64,000 nt of DNA, taken from NCBI GenBank assembly GCA_031271465.1, contig JAISVR010000030.1, positions 7,455-71,454 of the forward strand, written 5' to 3'. A program made the position numbers and the translations under genes. This DNA comes from Prevotellaceae bacterium. Lineage in GTDB: Bacteria; Bacteroidota; Bacteroidia; Bacteroidales; Paludibacteraceae. Positions 37,733-46,337 of the stretch are shown piece by piece. Within the stretch, counting starts at the first letter, position 1, and every line of letters starts with the position of its first letter. Below the pieces are notes generated by a model, which had not been told where the DNA came from, did not search any database, and saw nothing but the letters and a program-made list of their open reading frames with translations.

Positions 37733-39343
37733 ATGAAACGACAAATAAAAACGATTATGCTGCTAATTGCGGGTTTAAGTATATTAAGCAGCGTTCAGGC
37801 ACAGGATACTTTGCAGTTTTCCTACGAGGAAATTGCCGTTGATACGGTAATTGTTGTCGAAGATTCTCTTGTTGCCGATGAACAGATCTTGGTTGAAGAG
37901 CTTGTAGTAACAGATTCGGCTGTAACAGCTACACCTGTACAAGAACCTCAATCACAGGAAGAAAAAGCACCCAAAACCTATTGCCCTCACGAAATAGGCG
38001 TTTGGCTTTCGGGCGGTGTGTCCGAGTTGCTCTATTCGAGCAGTTTCGGCAACGAATCGCTTGGTTGGGGCGGTGCTTTCGGCGTGGGTTACACATGGTT
38101 TTTTCACAAGAACTGGGGTGTCGGCTTGGGTGCAGAGCTGGCTCTGTATCAGGGACAAATCCGCATCGACGGTTTAACGGATACCTATCAAACGCAAGAC
38201 CAGGACGGTCATGATATTCATTATTCCGCCCGTTTTGATAACTACAAAGAATATCAATACCTGGGTAATGTAAATATCCCGTTGAACATTATGTTCCAAA
38301 CCAACATGCGCGGTAACAACAAGTTTTACACTTCGCTGGCGTTCAAATTGGGCGTTCCCATTTGGAGCCAATACAGCAGTAAAAGTGCGGAACTCACTAC
38401 CTGGGGCTATTATCCTCATGTAAACCAAACGCTTACGCAGCAGCAAGATTTGGGTTACGGCAACTTTAAGGGCATCAATACAAAGGGGACAATACCGTTC
38501 GACCTGTCGTATATGGGGCAGATAGAAATGGGTTTCAAATGGCATGTAGCTCCCGGAAGAGATTTGTACACAGGCGTGTATGCCGAGTATGCGTTCAACG
38601 ATGTGGTTAAAGGTGCTCCCGAAGACCGCTTCATTGCCTACAACAGCGAAAATCCCTCGGCTTTTCTCAGCAATGGTGTATTGACCTCCGAATACCGCCG
38701 ATATGGAACAAGCTCTGCTTTCACCGATAAGGTGGCGTTGCTGGGCGTGGGCATAAAATTGAAACTCGGTTTTTCTGTTGGTTGCAGCGAGTTGCTTGCC
38801 GCCGAGCGGGTAGCAAAAGAGCCTCAGCAAGAACCTCTGCCGGAACCTGTCAATCCAAATCTTGAGATAGCTCGTCAGTATGCCGAAGCGGCTCGCGCCG
38901 CAGCTGAGCAGGCTCGCATTGAAGCCGAGCGTGCCCGCCAAGAGCGCGATGCGTATTTACGCGATGCCGAAGCGCGCCGTGCAAATTTCGAGCGCAATGT
39001 AGTGCGTCCCAACAGGCATTTGGAGATGGACAACTACAACCTCGCTATCGTAACGCTGAATCCTGTTCAGAAAAGCGAATTGGATGTCTACATCGCACAG
39101 TTGCAGTCGGATGAAAATACGACCGTGCGTATTACCGGTCATACCTGCGACCTCGGCTCCGAGGAGTTGAATATGCGCATCGGTCAAGAGCGCGCCGACC
39201 TCGCCAAAGATTATATGGTAGAGAACGGCATCTCGCCCGGTCGGATAACAACTTTCTCAGAAGGCGAATCAAGCCCGATTTTCCCGAATAATAATGCCGT
39301 GAACAGGAAGAAAAACAGACGCTTGGAGATAGAGATTAGATAA
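37733..39343 (+). CDS. OmpA-family outer membrane protein (beta-barrel, coiled coil and OmpA C-terminal domain)
   Basis: Start set at MKRQIKTIMLLIAGLSILSSVQAQ (signal peptide). Beta-barrel-like middle region, A/R/E-rich helix (AARAAAEQARIEAERARQERD) and OmpA_C motifs (ITGHTCDLGSEELNMRIGQERA...NRRLEIEI). Confidence 0.88.
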   Translation: MKRQIKTIMLLIAGLSILSSVQAQDTLQFSYEEIAVDTVIVVEDSLVADEQILVEELVVTDSAVTATPVQEPQSQEEKAPKTYCPHEIGVWLSGGVSELLYSSSFGNESLGWGGAFGVGYTWFFHKNWGVGLGAELALYQGQIRIDGLTDTYQTQDQDGHDIHYSARFDNYKEYQYLGNVNIPLNIMFQTNMRGNNKFYTSLAFKLGVPIWSQYSSKSAELTTWGYYPHVNQTLTQQQDLGYGNFKGINTKGTIPFDLSYMGQIEMGFKWHVAPGRDLYTGVYAEYAFNDVVKGAPEDRFIAYNSENPSAFLSNGVLTSEYRRYGTSSAFTDKVALLGVGIKLKLGFSVGCSELLAAERVAKEPQQEPLPEPVNPNLEIARQYAEAARAAAEQARIEAERARQERDAYLRDAEARRANFERNVVRPNRHLEMDNYNLAIVTLNPVQKSELDVYIAQLQSDENTTVRITGHTCDLGSEELNMRIGQERADLAKDYMVENGISPGRITTFSEGESSPIFPNNNAVNRKKNRRLEIEIR

Positions 39344-39360
39344 AATACAAGGATTGAAAC

Positions 39361-39392
39361 AAAAAAGGGGAGGTTCGAAAACCTCCCTTTTT
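39361..39392 (+). terminator. rho-independent terminator after the OmpA-family gene
   Basis: aaaaaag-gggaggtt-cgaa-aacctccc-ttttt: an 8-bp GC-rich stem followed by a T-run. Confidence 0.85.
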
Positions 39393-39425
39393 GTTTGCTT
39401 AAAGCATTAGTTGCTAATTTAAAGA

Positions 39426-39575
39426 TTTTCGGGATTATCCCTTTTAACCGAGTTCGTCATTGCGAGGAACGAAGCAATCTCAGAAACGGTAATCGTATTC
39501 GAAGATTGTTTCGTCGTAACTCCTCGCAATGACGGATAGTGTTTGCTTTACAAGCCTAAAAGTATAATTCCGAAA
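39426..39575. mobile_element. MITE/REP-like palindromic element, family 1, with terminal inverted repeats
   Basis: The ends ttttcgggattatcc and ggaattatac (reverse complement) are inverted. The core is gttcgtcattgcgaggaacgaagcaatct...cgtcgtaactcctcgcaatgacgg. This copy is in reverse orientation relative to 5555-5690. Confidence 0.8.
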
Positions 39576-39610
39576 GAATTTTAAATCGCATTCCGATGTT
39601 GAAACACAGC

Positions 39611-40369
39611 TTATTTCTTTATTCCTTTTTGATTTTCTTTCAAGTAAAAATCAAGGGCGGAAGTCATGGACGAAAATTGTGGTTGAGGCACTTCCAAATC
39701 GAGGCGTAACCCGGCTTCGGAAACGGCTTGTGCGGTTTTCTGCCCAAAACAGGCAATGCGAATATCGCCTTGCTCGAAATCGGGGAAGTTTTTTAGCAAC
39801 GACGAAATGCCCGAAGGGCTGAAAAACACCAGCATGTCGTAATCAAACTCTTCTTCGGGAGTAAAATCGTTGCTTACCGTACGATACATCACACCTTTGG
39901 AGTAGTTGAATTTATGCTTGTCGAGCAGTACGATAATCTCGTCATTATGAACATCGGTACAGGCAAGCAGGAATTTTTCCGCGTTGTGTTTTTGCATCAC
40001 CGTCATCAACTCGGGCAATTTACCCGAATTGCTGTAAAATACCTTGCGCTTACGATATTGAATATATTTTTGCAGATACAATGCAACGCTTTCCGAAATA
40101 CAATAATAGTGCATATCTTCGGGCACTGTAACACGCATTTCCTGACATAAACGGAAAAAATTGTCGATACCGGTTCGGGCAGTAAAAATAATACCGGAAT
40201 GGTCTAGAATAGACACTTTTTGTTGACGAAAATCTTTCGCTAAAACAGGTTCTACCTTGATAAAAGGTCTGAAATCAATCTTGACTCCATACTTTTCTAT
40301 AATGTCGAAATAGGGAGATTTTTCACTCTCAGGTTTTGGTTGTGATACCAGAATTCTCTTAATTTTCAA
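39611..40369 (-). CDS. uroporphyrinogen-III synthase family (HemD-like) protein
   Basis: 252 aa. The N-terminus ILVSQPKPESEKSPYFDIIEKYGVKIDFRPFI is typical of the Bacteroidota HemD-like family, which pairs with DUF4271. Confidence 0.75.
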   Translation of the reverse strand: MKIKRILVSQPKPESEKSPYFDIIEKYGVKIDFRPFIKVEPVLAKDFRQQKVSILDHSGIIFTARTGIDNFFRLCQEMRVTVPEDMHYYCISESVALYLQKYIQYRKRKVFYSNSGKLPELMTVMQKHNAEKFLLACTDVHNDEIIVLLDKHKFNYSKGVMYRTVSNDFTPEEEFDYDMLVFFSPSGISSLLKNFPDFEQGDIRIACFGQKTAQAVSEAGLRLDLEVPQPQFSSMTSALDFYLKENQKGIKK

Positions 40370-40393
40370 AACAATAACCCCTTAATTTTTTGG

Positions 40394-41197
40394 TTAAGCA
40401 ATCACTTTTAGCACGATCAAAATAGGTAAAATTTCGAGGGCACAAAGATACAACATTATATAGAAAAAAGAAGAATATTTATGCAGAAATATTTGCAAAG
40501 TCTTGTAAATCATTAAAAAAAACGCAACAATACAAAGGAAAAGAGCCAGTATAAGAAAACTTTGATGCAAGGATGGAGGCATATAAATTAATCCCACCGT
40601 GAGCGGAAAAAGCAGTAAGCCCAAGCCGAAAAGAATGGAGAAATAACTTTTGATAAACAACCGGCTTAGGTTTTGTTCGAAAAAAATAAATCCGATTACT
40701 TTAAAAATAAGAAGTTTAATGCCAATAAAAGCAAGTGTAGCAATGGCGAATAAGCCGAGATAATATAATTCGCAAGTATTTCTTGCGTAAAAAAACAAAC
40801 TGTATAGAAACAAACTGACCGACCCTACAAATAACAGCACAAAACTTGTACTCATTTGAGCCATGTTAGCTGTGGATTCGATAAAAATGCTCGACCGTTC
40901 TTTGAGGTAGAAAAAATCCTTTACGGTTTCGGTTAAAAGTTTCCGCCAATGGGTGAAAATGTAGCCGGTAAGGAAAAACAGCAACAATAGTAAAACGGGG
41001 ATAAGCGGACTTGCTCCAAGCGGTGCGTGCAGCGGTGTGCCTGTAAAGCCCGATGTTGCTTTGGCTACTTGTGCAAGCGAATCGGCAACCACATCGGCGC
41101 GTTGCAGTGCGTGGAGCGAATCGCGCAGACGAGCTATTGCGGCAAATTCGAGCGTGTCGGGCTGTAGAATGATGTTGTCGTTTACTATTGTCGGCAT
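40394..41197 (-). CDS. DUF4271-like polytopic membrane protein
   Basis: Start set at MPTIVNDNII (41197). At least six TM segments. Sits in the conserved position upstream of the HemD-like gene. Confidence 0.65.
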   Translation of the reverse strand: MPTIVNDNIILQPDTLEFAAIARLRDSLHALQRADVVADSLAQVAKATSGFTGTPLHAPLGASPLIPVLLLLLFFLTGYIFTHWRKLLTETVKDFFYLKERSSIFIESTANMAQMSTSFVLLFVGSVSLFLYSLFFYARNTCELYYLGLFAIATLAFIGIKLLIFKVIGFIFFEQNLSRLFIKSYFSILFGLGLLLFPLTVGLIYMPPSLHQSFLILALFLCIVAFFLMIYKTLQIFLHKYSSFFYIMLYLCALEILPILIVLKVIA

Positions 41198-41244
41198 AAT
41201 GGCTATAAAGACGAATGTGCAAAGGTAATTTTTCCGCCGAAAAT

Positions 41245-42342
41245 CTACAATTTTTCCTTCAAATACCGTCCTGTGTACGACGATTTGCATTTCACCAACT
41301 CTTCGGGACTTCCTGCAAATACAAGGTTTCCGCCTGCCGTTCCTCCTTCGGGACCGAGGTCAATAATGTGGTCGGCACATTTTATCACATCCAGGTTGTG
41401 TTCGATAATCACTACCGTATGTCCTTTCTCAATCAACGCATTGAAAGCGTGCATAAGGGTTTTAATGTCGTGAAAATGTAAGCCTGTGGTAGGTTCGTCG
41501 AACACGAAAATGGTCGGTTCCGATTTTTCGCCTGCGAGGAAAAACGCGAGTTTTACCCGCTGACTTTCGCCGCCCGAAAGCGTACTGCTGCTTTGTCCAA
41601 GCTTGACATATCCCAACCCGACATCTTGCAAGGGTTTCAATCGTTTTACGATTTTGCGGCAGGTAGAGTTATCTTTTTGTTCGGAGAAAAATTCAATTGC
41701 TTGATTAACGGTCATTTCTAAAACATCGTAAATGTTCTTTTCCTTAAAAAGCACATCGAGAATGTCGCTTTTGAAACGCTTACCGTGGCAGCTTTCACAT
41801 TCGAGCACGAGGTCTGCCATAAATTGCATTTCCACCGTTACCGTGCCCTCGCCCTGACATTCCTCGCACCTGCCGCCCTCTACATTAAACGAGAAATATG
41901 CAGGCGTAAAGCCCATTTGCTTGCTCAACTGCTGGTCGGCATAAAGTTTACGAATTTCGTCGTAGGCTTTCAAATAAGTTACAGGGTTCGAGCGCGAGGA
42001 TCGACCGATAGGGTTTTGGTCTACAAACTCGATGTCTTTTGCCAAGTGCATGCTGCCTTGCAGCGACCCGAAAGCTCCCGTTCGGTCTGCTACGCCGCCA
42101 TAGTATTTCTTCAGTGCAGCATAGAAAACATCGCGTACCAGCGACGATTTTCCCGAGCCGCTCACACCTGTTACTACTGTGATTATTCCTAATGGAAAGC
42201 GTACATCAATGCCTTTCAAATTGTTTTCGCTCGCGCCAAGCACTTCGATGTAGTTATTCCAGCGGCGGCGAGTAGCAGGCATTTCGATTTTTTCTTCGCC
42301 GCTAAGATAGGCGAGGGTATAAGAATGGAGAGTTGTGTTCAT
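41245..42342 (-). CDS. uvrA: excinuclease ABC subunit A, C-terminal half (ABC module II) as a separate ORF
   Basis: 365 aa. Begins MNTTLHSYTLAYLSGEEKIEMP, matching the E. coli UvrA linker [17 protein letters not shown]. Walker A GVSGSGKSS, zinc module GGRCEECQGEG/CESCHGKRF, signature [12 protein letters not shown] and Walker B FVFDEPTTGLH are all intact. Confidence 0.9.
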   Translation of the reverse strand: MNTTLHSYTLAYLSGEEKIEMPATRRRWNNYIEVLGASENNLKGIDVRFPLGIITVVTGVSGSGKSSLVRDVFYAALKKYYGGVADRTGAFGSLQGSMHLAKDIEFVDQNPIGRSSRSNPVTYLKAYDEIRKLYADQQLSKQMGFTPAYFSFNVEGGRCEECQGEGTVTVEMQFMADLVLECESCHGKRFKSDILDVLFKEKNIYDVLEMTVNQAIEFFSEQKDNSTCRKIVKRLKPLQDVGLGYVKLGQSSSTLSGGESQRVKLAFFLAGEKSEPTIFVFDEPTTGLHFHDIKTLMHAFNALIEKGHTVVIIEHNLDVIKCADHIIDLGPEGGTAGGNLVFAGSPEELVKCKSSYTGRYLKEKL

Positions 42343-42944
42343 TCAATTAAATCTTCGTTATTGTTTCGTTGCCGTTCGGTAAAAAATCCAATTCGGCGGC
42401 GTGGTTTGTTAGGCAATGGTTTGCGTACTTGCATTTCGGCAAGCGTACGATTTATTTGTTCGAATTGCAACCTTGTGTCTTCGTTAATATCGTTGTAATC
42501 GGCAAAAACTTCTTCTACATATTCTTGTAGTTGGACAACCTCCCGTTGTAACTGTGTAACATTGTCATTGCTAACAGGTAATGGGTTGAGTATCAGTTGG
42601 CGCATAGCGATAAAGGCACGAACTATCAAAATATTTGTTTCTATGGCAACATCGCTTCTAAGAACGCTCGAAAGCATCGTAACATCGTGTTCGGTAAAAG
42701 CTAATGGTAAAGCCATTTTAGGGCGTTTATTGCGCGATGTCATCACAAATTGTGATGACATAGTTTTCCATTCCTCCTGTGTTAATTGGAACATAAAATC
42801 GGTTGGAAACCGCTTTGCGTTATGCTTCACCGCTTGATTTAGCACTCGTGTTTCTACTTGATACAAGAAAGCCAAATCAAAGTCCAGCATTATTTTTTGT
42901 CCTCTGATTTCGTAAATTAAGTTTTTTATCGGTAGCAAATCCAT
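42339..42944 (-). CDS. ORF6N (KilA-N-related) DNA-binding domain protein inserted within uvrA
   Basis: Start set at MDLLPIKNLIYEIRGQKIMLDFDLAFLYQVETRVLNQAVKHNAKRFPTDFMFQLT, the ORF6N signature. The C-terminal part is helical. Its TGA overlaps the ATG of the uvrA C-half (ATGA at 42339-42342). Confidence 0.8.
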   Translation of the reverse strand: MDLLPIKNLIYEIRGQKIMLDFDLAFLYQVETRVLNQAVKHNAKRFPTDFMFQLTQEEWKTMSSQFVMTSRNKRPKMALPLAFTEHDVTMLSSVLRSDVAIETNILIVRAFIAMRQLILNPLPVSNDNVTQLQREVVQLQEYVEEVFADYNDINEDTRLQFEQINRTLAEMQVRKPLPNKPRRRIGFFTERQRNNNEDLIE

Positions 42945-42963
42945 TTTCAAAATTTTCACGACA

Positions 42964-42971
42964 CAAAAATA
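42964..42971 (-). promoter_or_regulatory. TAnnTTTG -7 motif (TATTTTTG) ahead of the ORF6N gene
   Basis: The minus strand reads gattgTATTTTTGtgtcgtgaaaattttgaaaATG. The motif lies in the 50-nt gap after the uvrA N-half stop. Confidence 0.4.
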
Positions 42972-42994
42972 CAATCATTATCCTTCGTTTTAAA

Positions 42995-44692
42995 TCACTT
43001 TTTCGGCACTTCTCCTGCATAAACCACCTCGCCGCCATGACGACCGGCTTCGGGACCGATGTCGATAATGTAGTCGGCGGCACGGATAATTTCCTCGTCA
43101 TGCTCTACCACCACTACGGTATTACCGAGGTCGCGAAGCTGTTTCAATACTTTAATTAGCAGGTCGGTGTCGCGCGAGTGGAGCCCAATGCTCGGTTCGT
43201 CGAGAATATAAAGCGAGCCTACCAGACTACTGCCAAGCGATGTTGCCAAATTGATGCGCTGACTTTCGCCGCCCGAAAGCGTGTTGCTCAACCGGTTGAG
43301 CGTGAGGTAACCCAGTCCCACATCGAGCAGGAATTGCAGGCGGCTGTTTATTTCCGTCATCAACCTTTTAGCGGTAGCGGCTTCGGAGGCTGTGAGATGG
43401 AGTTTTTCGAAAAAAAGCTTCAACTCTGTGAGAGGCATTTCTACCAGTTCCGAAATGTTTTTTCCGCCCACGCGTACATAATTTGCTTGCGGTCGCAAGC
43501 GCGAACCATGACACACGGGACAAATGGTTTTTCCGCGATAGCGTGCCAACATTACGCGGTACTGTATTTTGTACTGACCTTCTTCCAAGTGTTGAAAAAA
43601 AGCGTCCAAGCCATGAAAATACCGGTTGCCAGTCCACAGCAGGCGTTTCTGTTCGTCGGTGAGTTGATAGTAAGGTTTGTGAACAGGAAAATCGAATTTG
43701 TCTGCCGCACGAATCAGTGCGCGTTTCCATTCGCTCATCGTTTCGCCTTTCCAGCAGGCAATAGCATCTTCGTAAACCGACAGCGACTTGTTTGGAATTA
43801 CCAAATTTTCGTCGATGCCGATAACGCGCCCGAAACCTTCGCAGTTCGGACAGGCACCAAGCGGATTATTAAAACTGAAAAGCTGTTCCGACGGAACTTC
43901 AAATACGATACCGTCTGCCTCAAATGTGTTTGAAAAATGTTTTCGTATGGTTTTTTCTTCGCTGTAAATAAGCAAATAACAACTGTTCTTCCCCTCGAAA
44001 AATGCGGTTTCTACCGAATCGGTGGTGCGGCTGCGTGTAGCAGGGTCGGGTTGTACCGTAAGACGGTCGATAACCAGAAACACCTTGTCTGCCTTTACCT
44101 GCGTGGGATTATTGATGACATCGGCTATACGCAGAATTTCGCCTTTCAGCTCTACGCGACTAAAACCTTGTTGTTGCAACAACTGTAATTGCTGCGCCAA
44201 ATCGCGACCTTCGGGCACAACGACAGGTGCAAGTACTACAAAACGGGTGCCTTCGGGATAGCTTAAAATATAATTTACCACATCTTCGGGCGTGTGTTTT
44301 TTCACCACTTCGCCCGATATGGGCGAGTAGGTTTTGCCTATGCGGGCAAAAAGCAGTTTCACATATTCGTACACTTCTGTGCTTGTTCCCACTGTGGAGC
44401 GCGGATTGCGTGTGTTCACCTTTTGCTCAATGGCAATGGCAGGCGGAATACCTTTAATGTAATCGACTTCGGGTTTGCTCATGCGCCCCAAAAACTGTCG
44501 TGCATACGCCGAAAGGCTTTCTACATATCGACGCTGCCCTTCGGCATACAGCGTATCGAATGCAAGCGATGATTTGCCTGAGCCGGATAATCCCGTGATA
44601 ACGACCAGTTTATTGCGCGGAATTTCGACATCAATATTTTTCAGGTTGTGTACCCGTGCGCCTTTTATCAGTATGTTTCCCTGTTTAGCCAT
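42995..44692 (-). CDS. uvrA: excinuclease ABC subunit A, N-terminal half (ABC module I) as a separate ORF
   Basis: Start set at [20 protein letters not shown] (44692). Walker [10 protein letters not shown], zinc modules CPNCEGFG and CPVCHGSRL, signature LSGGESQR, Walker [13 protein letters not shown]. It ends ...[14 protein letters not shown]-stop, where intact UvrA proteins continue. Confidence 0.9.
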   Translation of the reverse strand: MAKQGNILIKGARVHNLKNIDVEIPRNKLVVITGLSGSGKSSLAFDTLYAEGQRRYVESLSAYARQFLGRMSKPEVDYIKGIPPAIAIEQKVNTRNPRSTVGTSTEVYEYVKLLFARIGKTYSPISGEVVKKHTPEDVVNYILSYPEGTRFVVLAPVVVPEGRDLAQQLQLLQQQGFSRVELKGEILRIADVINNPTQVKADKVFLVIDRLTVQPDPATRSRTTDSVETAFFEGKNSCYLLIYSEEKTIRKHFSNTFEADGIVFEVPSEQLFSFNNPLGACPNCEGFGRVIGIDENLVIPNKSLSVYEDAIACWKGETMSEWKRALIRAADKFDFPVHKPYYQLTDEQKRLLWTGNRYFHGLDAFFQHLEEGQYKIQYRVMLARYRGKTICPVCHGSRLRPQANYVRVGGKNISELVEMPLTELKLFFEKLHLTASEAATAKRLMTEINSRLQFLLDVGLGYLTLNRLSNTLSGGESQRINLATSLGSSLVGSLYILDEPSIGLHSRDTDLLIKVLKQLRDLGNTVVVVEHDEEIIRAADYIIDIGPEAGRHGGEVVYAGEVPKK

Positions 44693-44706
44693 TTTTAAAT
44701 TTTTTG

Positions 44707-44714
44707 CAAAGGTA
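44707..44714 (-). promoter_or_regulatory. TAnnTTTG -7 motif (TACCTTTG) upstream of uvrA
   Basis: The minus strand reads cccTACCTTTGcaaaaaatttaaaaATG. Confidence 0.45.
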
Positions 44715-44886
44715 GGGATTTGAGGATAAAAAGTGCAGAGAATTTGTTTTTTTACATTTCGGTGAATTGTAGCATTAAATTTAAGAGGTATAATTTTGTA
44801 GCGATAGAGTAACATTACATCTGTAAAAGTCCTTTTCAAGCATATCGTCATTATTACTTCCTTTCGGTCGGTGATTTACAATTCTT

Positions 44887-44915
44887 GTTAGTCGTGATGG
44901 CTAATTCCGCCTCCC
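44887..44915. repeat. copy of the aattagcaatcacgac motif family
   Basis: gttagtcgtgatggctaattccgcctccc is the reverse complement of 23197-23225, with a few mismatches. It is also related to 2919-2945. Confidence 0.65.
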
Positions 44916-44937
44916 TATAAATCTTAGATCTAAATTA

Positions 44938-44968
44938 GACCTGTCAGGTTTTGAAAACCTGACAGGTC
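44938..44968. repeat. perfect 13-bp REP-like hairpin
   Basis: gacctgtcaggtt-ttgaa-aacctgacaggtc. A second hairpin (gataccgcttcaagcgcggtatgacgg type) follows at ~44985-45012. Confidence 0.7.
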
Positions 44969-45030
44969 TCGATGAAAATCCCTTCCGTCATACCGCGCTT
45001 GAAGCGGTATCGTAGAAAACAAAATGTAAA

Positions 45031-45201
45031 ATGGAACGCTTCTGGAAAACCTTAAATGAAGATTTTATTGAAGAGGCATTATATGAAAATTTGGACGATT
45101 TGAAAAATGAACTGTTGGGCTTTTTAATCTATTATAACGAGCACAGACCACATTCGGCAATTAACGGACTAACTCCAAAACTAAAAGCTAAAAACATGTA
45201 A
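45031..45201 (+). pseudogene. remnant of a DDE (rve-type, IS3/IS481-like) transposase C-terminus
   Basis: The 56-codon ORF MERFWKTLNEDFIEEALYENLDDLKNELLGFLIYYNEHRPHSAINGLTPKLKAKNM matches the conserved end of the integrase core (ERF..TLK.E...YN..RPH.A..G.TP). No upstream catalytic region is present. Confidence 0.7.
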
Positions 45202-45684
45202 CGAATCGGTTGACTTATATAATTTTATATGTCTTTTAAATTGTGTTTAAATGCCTGTTTCGCTTATTTTTTCTTTTATGCTACAATGTAAAAATATTTT
45301 TTGAATACAATAGAGTTTTTTATTTCTTGCCACAACAATACAGCACAGCGAAAAAGAGAATTAAAAAAATATTGTTCCCTTTGTGATTTTTATTAAAAAA
45401 AATTATGTTTTTGACATGCGACATAGTTTCTTGATTTTTTAGGCTTTGCGAATGTAGAAAAAGATTTGACAAAATAAACAAATGGGTGAAAACAATGCGG
45501 AATAATCTCTTTTAGACTTGTAAAACAAGGATTTGTCATAGCCGTGCTTGGTATATTAATCGCAGATAAAGCACTTAATCGTTATTTTTCCCGAGGAAAG
45601 TAGCCTTTTGTTTTTTTGTGTTTGCAGAGAGGAATAAAAGTTATATCTTCGTGGCGGAAAAATAACCTGTAATTTTGTTGAACT

Positions 45685-46248
45685 ATGATAGAAATAAAAG
45701 ATTTTTTAAATGCAGCGCAGGAAGAAATGGAAGCAAGCATTCTTTTTCTCGACGATGCTTTGGCGCGTATTCGTGCCGGAAAAGCCAATGTGCGCATTTT
45801 GGATAATGTAAAAGTAGATTATTATGGCAGCCTTTCGCCTCTAAGCAGTGTGGCTACGCTTACCACGCCCGATGCAAAAACCATCAATATTCAGGTATGG
45901 GAAAAATCGATGTTGCCTGTGGTGGAAAAGGCTATTATAAATTCTGAGGTTGGTATTATGCCTATGAATAATGGCGAGATGATTCGTCTTCAAATGCCGC
46001 CCGTAACCGAGGAGCGTCGTCGCGATTTGGTAAAACAGGCAAAGCATGAAGTAGAGGAAGCCAAAATCAGCATTCGAAACGCCCGCCGCGAAACTATCGA
46101 GAAGTTGAAAAAAGAGCAAAAAGCCGGCACTATGTCCGAAGATTTGGAAAAAGACGGCGAAGCAGCTATTCAAAAGCTTCACGATAAATATATCAAAAAA
46201 GTGGAAGATATGTTTGCCGAAAAGGAAAAAGAAATTATGACAGTGTAA
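45685..46248 (+). CDS. frr: ribosome recycling factor
   Basis: 187 aa, full-length match to the RRF pattern (RIRAGKANVRILD...LTTPDAKTINIQVWEK...PPVTEERRRDLVK). Confidence 0.95.
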   Translation: MIEIKDFLNAAQEEMEASILFLDDALARIRAGKANVRILDNVKVDYYGSLSPLSSVATLTTPDAKTINIQVWEKSMLPVVEKAIINSEVGIMPMNNGEMIRLQMPPVTEERRRDLVKQAKHEVEEAKISIRNARRETIEKLKKEQKAGTMSEDLEKDGEAAIQKLHDKYIKKVEDMFAEKEKEIMTV

Positions 46249-46337
46249 CACAGAAAATATATTATACATTTTCATTTTAAAGTTCAAGGTTCAATCGTTG
46301 TAAAATGATAACTTTGAACTTTATTCTTTGAATTTTC

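Noticed and set aside
23688-39575. A prophage or integrative element carrying the giant gene
   Set aside because: The window contains no integrase, recombinase, phage structural gene or conjugation gene. Only a CI-like HTH regulator and repeat mosaics are present, so I report it as an accessory block rather than a defined mobile element.
43178-43933. A 251-aa plus-strand ORF within the uvrA N-half, with similar antisense ORFs in mdh (9768-10499), FKBP (12171-12860), mreB (16285-16932), the OmpA gene (38174-38941) and the FISUMP gene (6290-6811)
   Set aside because: Each overlaps a confidently identified conserved gene on the opposite strand, and none shows a recognisable motif.
41245-44692. 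Interpreting the split uvrA as a decayed pseudogene, or as an intein or intron insertion
   Set aside because: Both halves keep every catalytic and zinc motif with no internal stops or frameshifts, so decay is unlikely. The insert is a free-standing ORF with its own stop and start signals. It lacks intein splice motifs and group I or II intron features, so protein or RNA splicing is not supported. Misassembly cannot be excluded from sequence alone.
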